From assembly GCA_027604505.1 (NCBI GenBank), contig JADIIX010000004.1, positions 1 through 64,000 on the forward strand: DNA of 64,000 bases, read 5' to 3'. Below are positions 50,159-61,800 of the stretch, one piece after another (the stretch's first letter is position 1; the number at the start of each line of letters is the position of its first letter). The notes beneath the pieces were generated by a model, which saw only the letters and a program-made list of their open reading frames with translations, was not told the DNA's origin and searched no databases. Source of the stretch: Gonapodya sp. JEL0774. Taxonomy: Eukaryota. A program made the translations under genes and the position numbers.

Positions 50159-51056
50159 AGCGAAGGGAGACTCGAAGGGAAGTATTGGGGTGAGCAAATG
50201 CACTGACTAGGTGCAGAAGCGGAGGTGATAGGCTGGTGATGTCCTTCAGTGGCACTGTGGATCTTGATATCACGATTGAAAATGGGACCTGAAAGCTCCG
50301 ACAAACCACCGAGTACGCCAGGTAAGGAGTGAACACCAAACTCGGTGGAAGGAGTACGGGAGCCCTCAAGTCGGCAAAGTGGTTCTCGCGCAAGCAGATG
50401 TTCTGAGCATTCAGGATGTTGCCATTTAGTCCAAAGTTGCAGTGGCCATACAGACAGGCCTAGCGCCATCTACATCCGCCCAGGTTCCGGCCAAGCTCCG
50501 TTCCTATGTAGACCGTCTCCAACCTCTTTGGCCACGCGTCTGATCTTCAGTGTCCTGGTGCTTCCTTTTGAATCAGAATTACTGCCCGCAGCGCACTTCA
50601 CAGGGCCCCTTCATCTGCATTACGACGCTCTCGAAAAACTTACCCTTCCTGTTCGTCAAACACCTGATTTAGTTGACTGTGCGACGCTTTACAGCAACAG
50701 TTCGCCCATTTCCCAAGCCCCAGTGCCAGCACCCAAGGACACATTCTTGGTGTGCACGGTGTCACGCGGACCCCATCAGGCAACGGATCCGCTCATTCCT
50801 AACCAAAGAATTCCTCATTCTAGATGGTCCACCTATTGCAATCTATGGCATTGGGAAAGTATCAGGCTGAAACTTGTATAACTTGAAGCATGGCGATTAC
50901 AATTCCAAGCCCCTCAATAGTATACGACTGATCGAAACATTTCTCGTGCACACGCGAGAAAGTGACAAAATGGGATAAATTTATGTTGTGCGGCGCGGTG
51001 CCTCTCGCCAGGGATGACATGAAACCTGCCGGCTCCGATTTTCACGTCGAGCAGAA

Positions 51057-52922
51057 ATGGCCATAGACTACTCTGCTGTGACACGTCACTCTCCTCGACC
51101 TCTTGTTCATGAACCTCGAATTATCGTGCTTGGATCGATACTCTTTCTTGCGATTGCAGGGTTGTTCTCTTTCAGTTTCATATGCAAGCATTCAACTTTA
51201 GACTCGTTGACCTCCTCGCATCCCCCGGGATCTCATTCATTGTTTCAAGATCGTGCGGTTAATGGAAATGGTGTGCATTCCGGGCGAGCTTCTAAGGTTG
51301 CCAAACGAGCTTGCGATTCAAGTTGGAACTCCGTATGTTGCATTTAATTCCTGCATTCCTCCGGAAGAACTTTGCACGGTTTTTTGACATCGCGTTTCCG
51401 ACTGGCATTAGCCTGCATGCCTTGAAAACAACACTGCCGTTGTCAGTTCCACTGTGACACCCATTTTGGTCACCCAGCCAGTGATCGATCGCGGACCTCA
51501 ATATACCCAAAATACTTCTTTTACCTTGCGACACGTCGTAACAAATCAGAACCTCGCTTGCAATCCCACTGGGTGTATTTTGAGCTCCATTCCCAGCAGT
51601 TTCAAAGTCTCATCACTCCTCGATGACACGCTTTGGGATGGCACACGAAGTGCGGGGTATCTCACATTCTCGGAAGAAAGCTGGTGTTTAAGTCTTGGTT
51701 TGACTGGCTGTGAGTTATTTTCTACCTTCGAGACCCTCAAGAACTGGGAGCTGATATCATCATCAAGCTCCTCCAACGTTCTCTCAGTGTGATCCATGGT
51801 CGGATAGCAGCAATCAAATCATTAACATCATTGCTGTTCCGACCTTTCGTGGATTCCGCATTAGAGGAACAGGGGCTCCTTGCTTGATACCAAGCAAAAC
51901 CAACCCTTGGCTCATGGCAGGCTCGTGTTCGGGAACGAACAGCATCTGGGTGGCATCACGGATCTCGAACCGGGAAATTCAAACCCCGTCTTTGACACAG
52001 CGCTCACCTCCCGCGACCGAGAGTGCCTCCACAGCTTTTCACGCAGAGTCCACCTCCTCAACCATTACCTCTGTTTCTTCTATCACTACAGAAGCTAGTA
52101 GCATCGAAACTCTAACGCTAAGTGAAACGTAAGCGAGTGAGAAGGTCATTGTTTTGAACACGACCCCACAACGGAAGCTCTTTGTCCGCGTCCTGATCTC
52201 TGCAGGTCTTCTACCGAGACACTCACGACACCTTCTGATATCGAAGTTCCCTTAACGTGAGATATATGCCTATACTTTACTTTGATTGAAATTTGAATGC
52301 CCCTTGCGGTTGTGGCAGCGACAATCCAAGCGCTTCAGCCAGCGTTGGGGCAACCATCACTCTCACCGCCGAAACGATCCCTAAGTCTTCAACTACTCCG
52401 ATACCTATTTTAGTGACACAATTAGTAACCGACCCAGCTGATCCCATTGATGCAAACGGCAACAGTACCGCACTGTACTCTTGGCGCCACTTGACCAGGA
52501 ATCAAATGTTGCTCTGTTTTGTCAGCGGCTGTATGTTGGGATCGGATGCAACTGTCTTCAACATTTCGTCGACGATTGATGGCACCAACTGGAATGGTGT
52601 TGTGGGTGGCGGATATCTGACTTTTGCGGCCAATGGCTATTGTATCGGAATTGGGCCGTCTGGAAGTGAGTCCGATCTTCTGTTGACTTTCCAATGGTCT
52701 GCTCTCAACCAGATCTCAGGTCCTCCGACATTCGAGCTTTGTAATCCAATCTCCGAGGGAAGCAGTCAATTATTGACTATTATTTTGGTTCCAAGCCTGG
52801 GTGGATATCGGCTTCGCGGAGGCAGTGGATTCCTCTGCATGATTCCTGCCCCCAGTGGGAGTGGCCTCGTCTCCGGATCATGCTCTGGCAACAATAGTAT
52901 TTGGTTGCCTGCTGCAACTTAA
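51057..52922 (+). CDS. Type II membrane protein with two tandem Cys-containing beta-rich (ricin-B-like?) domains
   Basis: N-terminal TM IIVLGSILFLAIAGLFSFSFIC. Two homologous ~135-aa repeats separated by an S/T linker. Confidence 0.65.
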
Positions 52923-53017
52923 CATGACGATTCAGCATTTGCAGCCGGCGACACAATAATTTTGGACTAAAATTTAATTTCTCTTATTTATGTTAGTTCT
53001 CAATTGCAACCATTTTT

Positions 53018-56000
53018 TCAATCTACTCTCGGATATCCGAGCCGAATGGAGTCAACAAGCCAGGCACTATCAACCAACAGAGGGGAATGCACGGGTGTTC
53101 CGCTCTTCACTAGTATCCTCTTTTTCAATGCTTTAAGCTCCGGCTTAAGCTTCTCGCTGGCAAGTTCTTGATCCCCCTCCCTCACGACATTCAACATAAG
53201 GACATACCGCGGAAACACCTCATCCCCGTCCAAGCTGTCAACAAGTGTTCCCCCATGCGCAATTATAAGCCTCCGTGCCCACGGGTATCCCTGGGTCTGC
53301 TGTAGTGTTGGTTCGGGAGAAACCTGCTGGTCCCGTTGCAGATCAAGAATGTAGAAAACGCTACTCTGAAAGATATCTTTGGAGAATTGTTGGGCCGTCC
53401 CATCTTCCTTGTCGTATTCATCGCTTTCTTGTTGGCCCTTTGCACTTTCAGATACTTTCGGCCTCTTGTGCGCTGGTCCGGCCTCTCCCCTTGTCCACTG
53501 TCTGTGGACTGAACCAGCACCTCTTCCCCGTGCAAAATAGTATCTGCACGAAATGTCACAATCGTAAAAATGTGTTGTCTATGCCATTATGTGGAGAGCC
53601 GAGAACTCACACGTATGTTTCGACGCCGCTGCCTACTAGCCACTTCCGGACAACTCTCTCAGTCCTGTACCAATCAAATCCAGGAGTGCTCTGTCCTATC
53701 CTAGGCATGTGTATGGAGACACGAGCTGGTACTTCATGCGAGAGCGCTTTCGCGAAGGTTGCGAGCTTTTCGAAAGCACCCTCAAGAGCATCTGAGAGGA
53801 TCGCAGATCGAGGTTGGTTGTTCTTTGGTCCACGCTGTGCTACAATGAGAGCAACAAATACTGTAGGTTTAGCCAGATCTGTACCTTCCGAGTTTGTGTG
53901 AGTCGACGGTAAGGTGCTCATTGTAAATCGCAGTCCACTCACCCAGATTATCCGAATGTACAACTGGAATCACATGTACGTCTCCGATCGCAATGTCACC
54001 GATATCAGCAGCGTAAGAATATTGCTAAGGAGCGACGGGTCGTTCGATGCTGAATACCTCAAAGCTCTACGAAGGGGCACCTACTTCACCAATCCTCTCA
54101 TCCAGTTTGTCCATTGCATGAAATACCCCCCTACCTTTGGCCCACTGCCCACTGTTGTCAACGACGTGAACAATGATGCCGATCTCTTCGGTCTGCACTT
54201 TTGGTTCGGTTACTGAGCCGGTCCGCAGGTGCAACTCGGCTTCTGGTTCAATGTCATCGTGGTCCATCATAGCACTTTCGTCCGCGATTTTGACGGTTAA
54301 TCTCAGTGCCTGCTTTTCGGGTGACTCTTTGTCGCCGAAGAAATCCAACCAAAACCATCCGCCTTTTAATTTAGCGCCCTCCCCGTCTGGATCAACCCCA
54401 ACCTTGTAGCTTACATATCCAGCGTCTGACCACTTTTTTACCAAGCGCTCTGCCTTTTGTCGTCTCTTTGCTGCTTCTCGCTCCTCACGGTGATCCTCCT
54501 CCTGCATACGGGTCACAAGTTGCAGCTCCCGACTGAGTCCACCCATGGATCTCGTAGCTCGGGGAGCAGATACTTCAGCAAGCTTCTGCGCTTCAGCTTC
54601 AAACGACTCTTGAAGAGCGATTTTTCGCAATTTCACGAGCGCTGCCTCCGCTGCTGCTTCGCGAGTTTTGTAGTCCTTTCCCTCAAACATATCTGTGGGA
54701 CTATTTCTTTATCCGCTCAAATCAAATGCATAGTGATGAAAACTCACATATTGTTTCCTCTGCATCATCTTCTTTCAAACTCGTTTCACTACCGTTAATT
54801 TCCGTGTCCCCTGAGCCACCAGAGCCGGATCGGTAATCATCGCCATGCCCGATTGTTTCCACCGACGCCCTTCCACCAAGCATTTCCGCCGTCACTTGTT
54901 TGTCTTCAAACAATGCCTCCAGCATATTTTCGAACGCTTCGTCTGTCAGTTGCACGTTACCCTTAAAATCGCTTACATCCTTCCCCCCAGCTTCAACCGC
55001 GTCCCCCTCTGCAACAATCCTATTGAGTCCAAACTTGAGAATCTTGACCATGTCATCTCCCGCCCACCCGTCCGATCCCGCCCACCCCATGACACCCCGG
55101 CCAACATCGAGCTTATGTCTGCCTCGGCGCCACACGACCTCGTCTACGGTGTCCCGAGCAACCAGTCGAATAACTCTCACAGGTCGTGTTTGGCCGATGC
55201 GGTGGGCACGAGCAATGGCTTGGAGGTCGTGAGTAGGGTTTGGAGAGCTGTCCAGGAGGATAACCGTGTCGGCTGAGTGAGGGAATAGGAAGGCACATGA
55301 TCTTTTGAGAGGAGAAAATATGAAAGACAACATGGCCGCTCACCAGCGGTCAGATTCAGCCCAACGCCGCCAGCCTTGGTACTTAGCAAAAAAACGAAAG
55401 GCTCCTCCTCTTCATGTTCCTCCTCATCATCACCCTTGCGCTTTCCCTTTCCCTTGATATCACCCGAAGATCCCTGCTTGGAACCCTGAAACCGCCCGAC
55501 CGTCGTCCATCGTTCTTCCCCTCGCACTGATCCGTCAAGGCGCTCGTACGGGAGGTTGCGAAGATGGCAGACGTCCTGGGCAATGTCGAGCAGTCGGGTG
55601 GATTGGGAAAAGAGCTTGTTGTAGTATTTGGAAAGTTGTGAGTCCGCGGTGGACGGAAGATTTTGCTGGCTCTGGCCTGCACCGCGCTTTTTTCGATTAC
55701 TCACCAATACTTTACTTCCACTGCGCTTCTCCCTCACCCACCTCAAAATCCTATCCGCTGCATGCACTTTACTTGATACATCGACCAAATGCTCCCCTTG
55801 AGCAAACGGTTCCGGCTCAACCGCCGGGAACAAGTACGGGTGCGCAGTGGCTTTGAGAAGGTGTGTTAGGGTGTTTGCGAGGCTGGTTCGCGATGCGGCG
55901 GGGTTGAAGATGGACATGTTCCGGGCAAGAACGGAACGGTAGAGGTTCAGTTGGAGCGGGGTAAGAGCTGCGAGATTCCGTTCGAAGGTAAGGTGGCGTT

Positions 56001-57142
56001 ATTGAGGTGAAAAAGAAGGTGAGCCACGATACGTACGGACAAACAAGACTGTCTCTGTTAGCTTGGGCATCGACCCGCCGAGCACGTCTGATTTTTCCCT
56101 TCTCACTACTACGCAGCCGACCGCACGACCCAACTTTGCCCTGAGCTTTTGCGTCTCCTCCTTGGTTGTGCCCTTGAACCAACTTTCAAACTCCGCAGGG
56201 TCTTGCGGCAAGTATTCCGGGTTGCAGAACCGGAGGAGTGCATGAAGCTCAGCGAGAGAGTTCTGAATGGGTGTTCCTGTGAGGAGAAGGGTTCGCCAGC
56301 CCTTGCGTTGGAGCATGCCAGATCGCAGAGAGTATAGAGTTGAGTGCAGTTGAGATGTCGGGTTTTTTATGGAGTGAGCCTCATCCACGAGCAAAAACGA
56401 GAAAGGAATGCGAATGAAGAGTTCGCGCTCGACGAGGTCACGGGAGCTGACATATTGTGGTGTCGAGATGAGTATGTCAAAGTGGAGATTGGTCTCGGTG
56501 AGATCCGACAGAATGCGACTACGGAGTTTGACTCGCTCCTCCGGATCGCCCCGGTATGCCACAATACGGAGCGACCCTGCATCGGTGAAACGTGCGACTT
56601 CATCGAGCCAGTTGTCGAGGATCGTGAGTGGGACGATCACCAGGTATGGTGGGGGAAGTTTGGAGATGTACTTGAGATGCAGCATAAATGTTATGGCTTG
56701 CAAAGTTTTTCCCAGCCCCATTTCATCTGCGACTGATGTCATGAACAGAGAGCAGAACGGTAAGTAAGGATGAGAGCCCTCTCCGATTTGAGAAAAGGAG
56801 AAACTCACTGATTGCATTGAGCCCCTTGTCATACAAGTGCGCCATGATATGCACCCCGTGCAGCTGGTACGGACGGAGTGTAACCGAGGAATTGAGGTGG
56901 GGTGGTGGTTTAAAACTATCGTAGATGGTCACATTCTTTGGCGGTTTGGGAGGGATTTTGCCTGCTGCTGTGGTCAGTTTCACAAGGAACTCATCACGAG
57001 TCTCAGGAAGTGAATCGAGTGAGTGGTCATGAGTAGCGGGTGTACTTTGGTGCATCAATGCCTGGGAGTCTTCGGCATCTTCGAAATCTGATTCACCACC
57101 ATCAGATGCATCTGGAGGTGAGTCTTCGTCCATCCAATCCAT
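53018..57142 (-). CDS. CHD1L: ALC1/CHD1L SNF2-family remodeller with macrodomain and C-terminal BRCT-like segment
   Basis: LRPYQL, DEMGLGKT, DEAH, LTGTPIQN, HPYLF..EPEPF, LDGSVRGEER, QAIARAHRIGQ. Macro: IVHVVDNSGQW..HMPRIG..FDWYRTER. Tail: VDSAWLVDSI. Confidence 0.9.
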
Positions 57143-57284
57143 GACTTGTGGAGTCCGGTACGAAAATAAATGAATTGATTGATTGGAGAATTGCGATTGA
57201 CGCCTGACATTTGAACACCGGGCTGTGGGCTGTTGCAGTGTTCGGGTGGCCTCAGACCCGCGAACCAGCAAACCACAGAGCACA

Positions 57285-58747
57285 ATGATCCCACCAGGTT
57301 CAGCACCACCGCCAACAGTCGGAGACGATGTTGTCTTATCCTATTTGGAGCTGGTCCAGAGATGCAACAGTAGGTACTCCACTCTCAACCATCTTTCCAC
57401 CATTCTCAGTGGAAATACCCGGTATTTGTCATGTCTTGTCTCACTTTCACATTTCACATTGTCGTCTCTCTTGTTTCTTTTTGGATTGATTGCATGTACG
57501 ATTTCGCACACATTGTACGGTAAACATCAAGATTATGTTCCATCTTCAACTGACGTTCCCTTCTTTGTTGGCGACCATCAAGTCGGAATCTGTAAAGATG
57601 ACGTTGTGTTAGCAATCCAGGAATACCTTACGCATTCTCCGTCGATTCAGTTGCTGAATGTCAAAATTGCGAAGGGAAGAGCTGCGTCCATCCACCTATC
57701 CGACGATCTCTCAACGGTTGACGATCGAACCGAAGCGCTAGAATCCATGGTAAATCACTGGCGTCAAACGAAAAAATTTGCTTGCCTTGCTGGGTGGCGC
57801 AACGAGCGCTATCCGGTGTACGGCAAAAAGGTACCCCGCAAGGTGTCTTCGAGATTAGAGGCTGCTGTGTCTCGCAATGCCGCCGACACCAAAAAATACC
57901 CTGCTAACCTTCTCCTTACTATTGAAAGAGCTGCCTCGGGTCTCTTTGGCTTTCGAACTTTCGGCGCTCATCTGAACGGTTTTGTTGTCCAAAGACAACT
58001 TGGATCTCAAGTCACCGTCCAACCACCAACCAACACCAACCTCTTGTCACCTCCTGTGTCGAAACTTCCCACCTATAAAATGTGGATAGCTACGCGTTCC
58101 ATGTCAAAATCAACCTGGCCCGGATGGCTTGATAACGTGATTGCAGGAGGAATTCCGTGGGACGACACACCATACGCGACTATGGTTCGCGAATGCGAGG
58201 AAGAAGGGAACGTTCCGCTGGAAATAGCTCAAATGGTATGTGCAATGTCACCATGTTGTTTAGTAGCCTGTACGTAATAATGAATATGATAGGTTGTCCC
58301 AACATCGACAATCACTTACACCACCCACACGTCCCTCGGAATCTGTCCCGAAACGCAATATATCTATGACCTCGAATTTCCAGCTGACTTCTCCCCATCT
58401 CCAAAAGACGGGGAGGTGGAGTCGTTTCGACTGGTCGACTTGCACGAGCTGCAACGTTTGCTGAGGGCCGGAAAGTTCAAACCGAATTGTGGCGTTGTGG
58501 TGATCGATTGGATGGTACGGCGTGGGATTAGTGAGTTGGGTGATGTCCGCATTAATTTTTTTCGCTACGACACATCCACCCCTCTCCTTCCGACCAACCG
58601 TATTCATGCAACCCAATGCCGCGATACCAAGTTACTCCCGAGAACGAGCCGGATTACCTCGAGCTTGTTTCAGCGTTAAGGAGAGACTTGGACTTCCCTG
58701 GACCAGACCACACTGATCATCCGGAGAGGACTGCAAAAGTGGAGTAA
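57285..58747 (+). CDS. Nudix hydrolase, DUF4743/YJR142W-Tnr3/NUDT20-like
   Basis: GWRNERY, IERAASGLFG, GAHLNG, RS..K.TWPG.LDN..AGG..RECEEE, YDLE, DGEVESF, FKPNC, TPENEPDY. Confidence 0.88.
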
Positions 58748-58883
58748 AATTGATCATGTGATTGTAAATGATAGATTTGTGTTATGCTGGAATCAAGTGC
58801 AGGCTCTTCACTGTGTTTGCTCCCACGGTGTTCACCATCAGGGTGGCAGATCGATCCGAAAATTTCCCACTCCATCTGATGCT

Positions 58884-61800
58884 ATGTCTCTCTCCGCCCC
58901 TTCTCGCCACACAGACGCGGCGAGCGCTGCATCTTTGAGTGCTCTACAAGCGCAGCTCTATGAGGATGGAGGTGCTGAAGAGAAGGTGGGCATTGCTGGA
59001 AACGCAGAGACCGATGAGGAAAATGGATTTGTCTTGCAAATCGGAGGTGGAGCTCTCATTTTGGAAGTGGAGACCGCGGCTGCTAATGATTCTGTGGAGC
59101 GACTTGTTGACTGACCTGGCAGTGACTTCTCGCAGGTAGAAGTAAACCAGCGGGCACTAGTTGACAAAATCTTGGCAAGGTATGGTAAAGGAAACTGCGA
59201 AAGCGAGGTTTGATTTCTATTTGTCCAAACGACTCCGCGGGTTTCCCTCCCATCGCAATCACGGCGATCGGCTGGAGCTAGGTATTCTGGAGAGTACACG
59301 GTGTTTCGAGAGCTTCTACAGAACTCAAATGGTGAGCTGTTTGTGTAGCGATTGACTCAACAGCTTATGGTGATAAAGGTTGCCTTACAATGAAGATGCC
59401 AATGCAACCGACGTTGAAATCGAGTTCATATCGACACCAGACTCTCTGCAGCGCATCATGCAATACCAAGCGGGCCAGGTTTCTCCTCAACCCCCACCAC
59501 AAACTGCGTCACAGCCCCAATCCCCACACTCCCCATATCGTCGCATGGGACCTCTGTCAGCTCGAAGTGGTTTCTCCCTTGCATCATGGTTGCTCGGGGA
59601 ACGCGGAGGAGAAGGCTTGACTGGCCTTGCAGCGTCTGTGGTATCGAATGCCCCGCGGCCCCCAGCACCACCAGTTCCAGTGTCCGGTACGGTGTTATAT
59701 AGGAATAATGGGAAAGCATTCTCGGGACAGGATTGGGGGAGACTACGCAAAATTGCAGAGGGTAACCCAGATGAGCAAAAGGTGAGAGTTCAATACTTCC
59801 TGTGAGTTACCGAGTCTAATGTAACTGCGGGCAGATTGGATTTTTCGGCGTCGGTTTCTACTCTTTGTTTTCAATATGTGAAGAGCCTTTCATTACTTCA
59901 GGGCAAGAGTTTATGGGCTTTTTCTGGCGCGGGGACCAACTGTTTACCAAAAAGGGATCATCTTCAGATCCTCAGGAACTTGCACCAGGCGGCAATCCTT
60001 GGACCACGTTTCTCCTCAACCTTCGAGACCCAGCGCCCTTTCCTCCGTTGGTCTCATTCGGCCGCTTTCTTACTACGTCCCTGGGCTTCACATCGCACCT
60101 TCGCCGCATTTTAGTGCGTTTCGATGGAACTGTCGTGCTGCGATTGGAAAAGGCAATGAGCCCCCCGAAACCGCTGGAACTTTTCACCGATGGGCATCAA
60201 ATTCATGGCAATTTTGTCAAAGAGAGTGTCGATGGATTGTTTAAGATGACCGGAGTGATGATAAGGACCGTTCAGCTGATGGTGGAAGTCTATGAGACCG
60301 CATCAGCGGTGACAGCTCAATCTGTAACTCAATCTGGAACGAAATCGAAATCAGATTTCCTTTCGACAACACCTATCACGACCACTAACGTAGCAACGAA
60401 ACCAACAAAACACACAATATTTTTTCGCCTTGCCACAGCAACCTTCCAAGCCGACTTGCCAACTAAAATAATAGCAGACATGGAACGCACAACGAAGAAA
60501 AAGCCACCGACTTTGACAGACGTCAGCATTCTATATTGTAATGGAGATGAATTTGAGGCAGGTAGAGGAGATGTTGCTGACAAGCTGGCAGAGGGAACGG
60601 AGGACAATCAAGAGAGAGAATTGTTCGGAGACCTTATCCCTTACCCAGAGCAAGGACGTGTGGTTATTGGATTTGCTACCCACCAAGTGAGCGTCTCATT
60701 TTTAACTTCACCGTTGCAGTAGTTTTTGAAACTCTTCGTGGTATACATGAAAAGACGACAGGGTGCTCAATGCTTCTTAGTGCCCATCTAATTCCCACTG
60801 TTGAACGGGAGTCGATTGATTTTATCGATCGGACACTTGCACTTTACAACAATGAACTTCTATCCGCGTGTGGGATTCTTGCTCGCATTTGCCACGATGA
60901 TGATCTTTCTCAGGTCAGCAGACTTTACAACTCAATGCAGCATCCGAAACCAAGCATCGATGTCCCACTTCCTCCCGTAGAAATAGATGACGAACTTTGG
61001 AATTACGTGGTAAAGAGGTAGATTGACGTTTGTGTTGAGTGCTTGCAAACAGATCAGTGACGATGATTGTGACTTCGCTGGTTCCGTAAGAGGGACTCAT
61101 GCTCTTCGGGCTTTCGCGTTCGTACCAAGTGCTCTTTAGTCATTCTCAAAGTGGTTTTCATGCACGCCCACCCACCTTTTGTCATATTGGATATTAGGTT
61201 CCTCCATCCATCAACTCCACACGCCCAAGTAGGAAAATCTGTCGCAAGATCCTTTTATGCAGCAACTCCTGGAGTTTCTTTTCCTATACTGTCCACTCAA
61301 GGCGTGTTGCCAGTTTCTGATGTTCGAATTCCCGACGAGGCAATGAAGGGGTTTGCAAGATTGACGCCGATGATTCCAGGAGGGATGATTGCTAATGCAA
61401 AAGATGTTGTTGATGAAATTGTCAAAGCTGGTATCGTCCAACCAATGGACATCAACGACGTTATCGGGGAAGTCAAGGGTCGGCTCTTGACATTGGACGA
61501 ATCCATTTCACTTCTCCGATGGTGGTGTGTCTTCGTCAGCCAAGGAGGAGATCGAAAGTGGAGAGATCACGTAGTAGGAAACACAAGGGTGCAAGTAGCG
61601 ATCACAGATGGAGCGCTTGATCTGGAAGCAATTCCACCAGAAGGATCCAAGGAAGATGCAAAATCGCGCGAGGAACGTAGAAATCCAGACGGAAAAGCGA
61701 AAGACAGACTTCTCAAACTACGATCATCTTGGTTGAAGGATCGATCAGCATCAACTGGGATGGCTGAGAATTCCATGACTGTAAATAACTCACTGTCAAG

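Noticed and set aside
50345..50881. 178-aa plus-strand ORF upstream of CK1
   Set aside because: GTG start, no motifs; probably the promoter or 5' UTR region read antisense.
53275..53901. 208-aa plus-strand ORF, and similar shadow ORFs such as 24867-25637 and 103-804
   Set aside because: Antisense or off-frame shadows of well-supported genes.
8582..58747. A DNA-repair 'cluster' of the MPG-like gene, EAF1, CK1, ALC1 and Nudix
   Set aside because: The genes are spread over 50 kb among unrelated housekeeping genes, and chance co-location is sufficient without synteny evidence.
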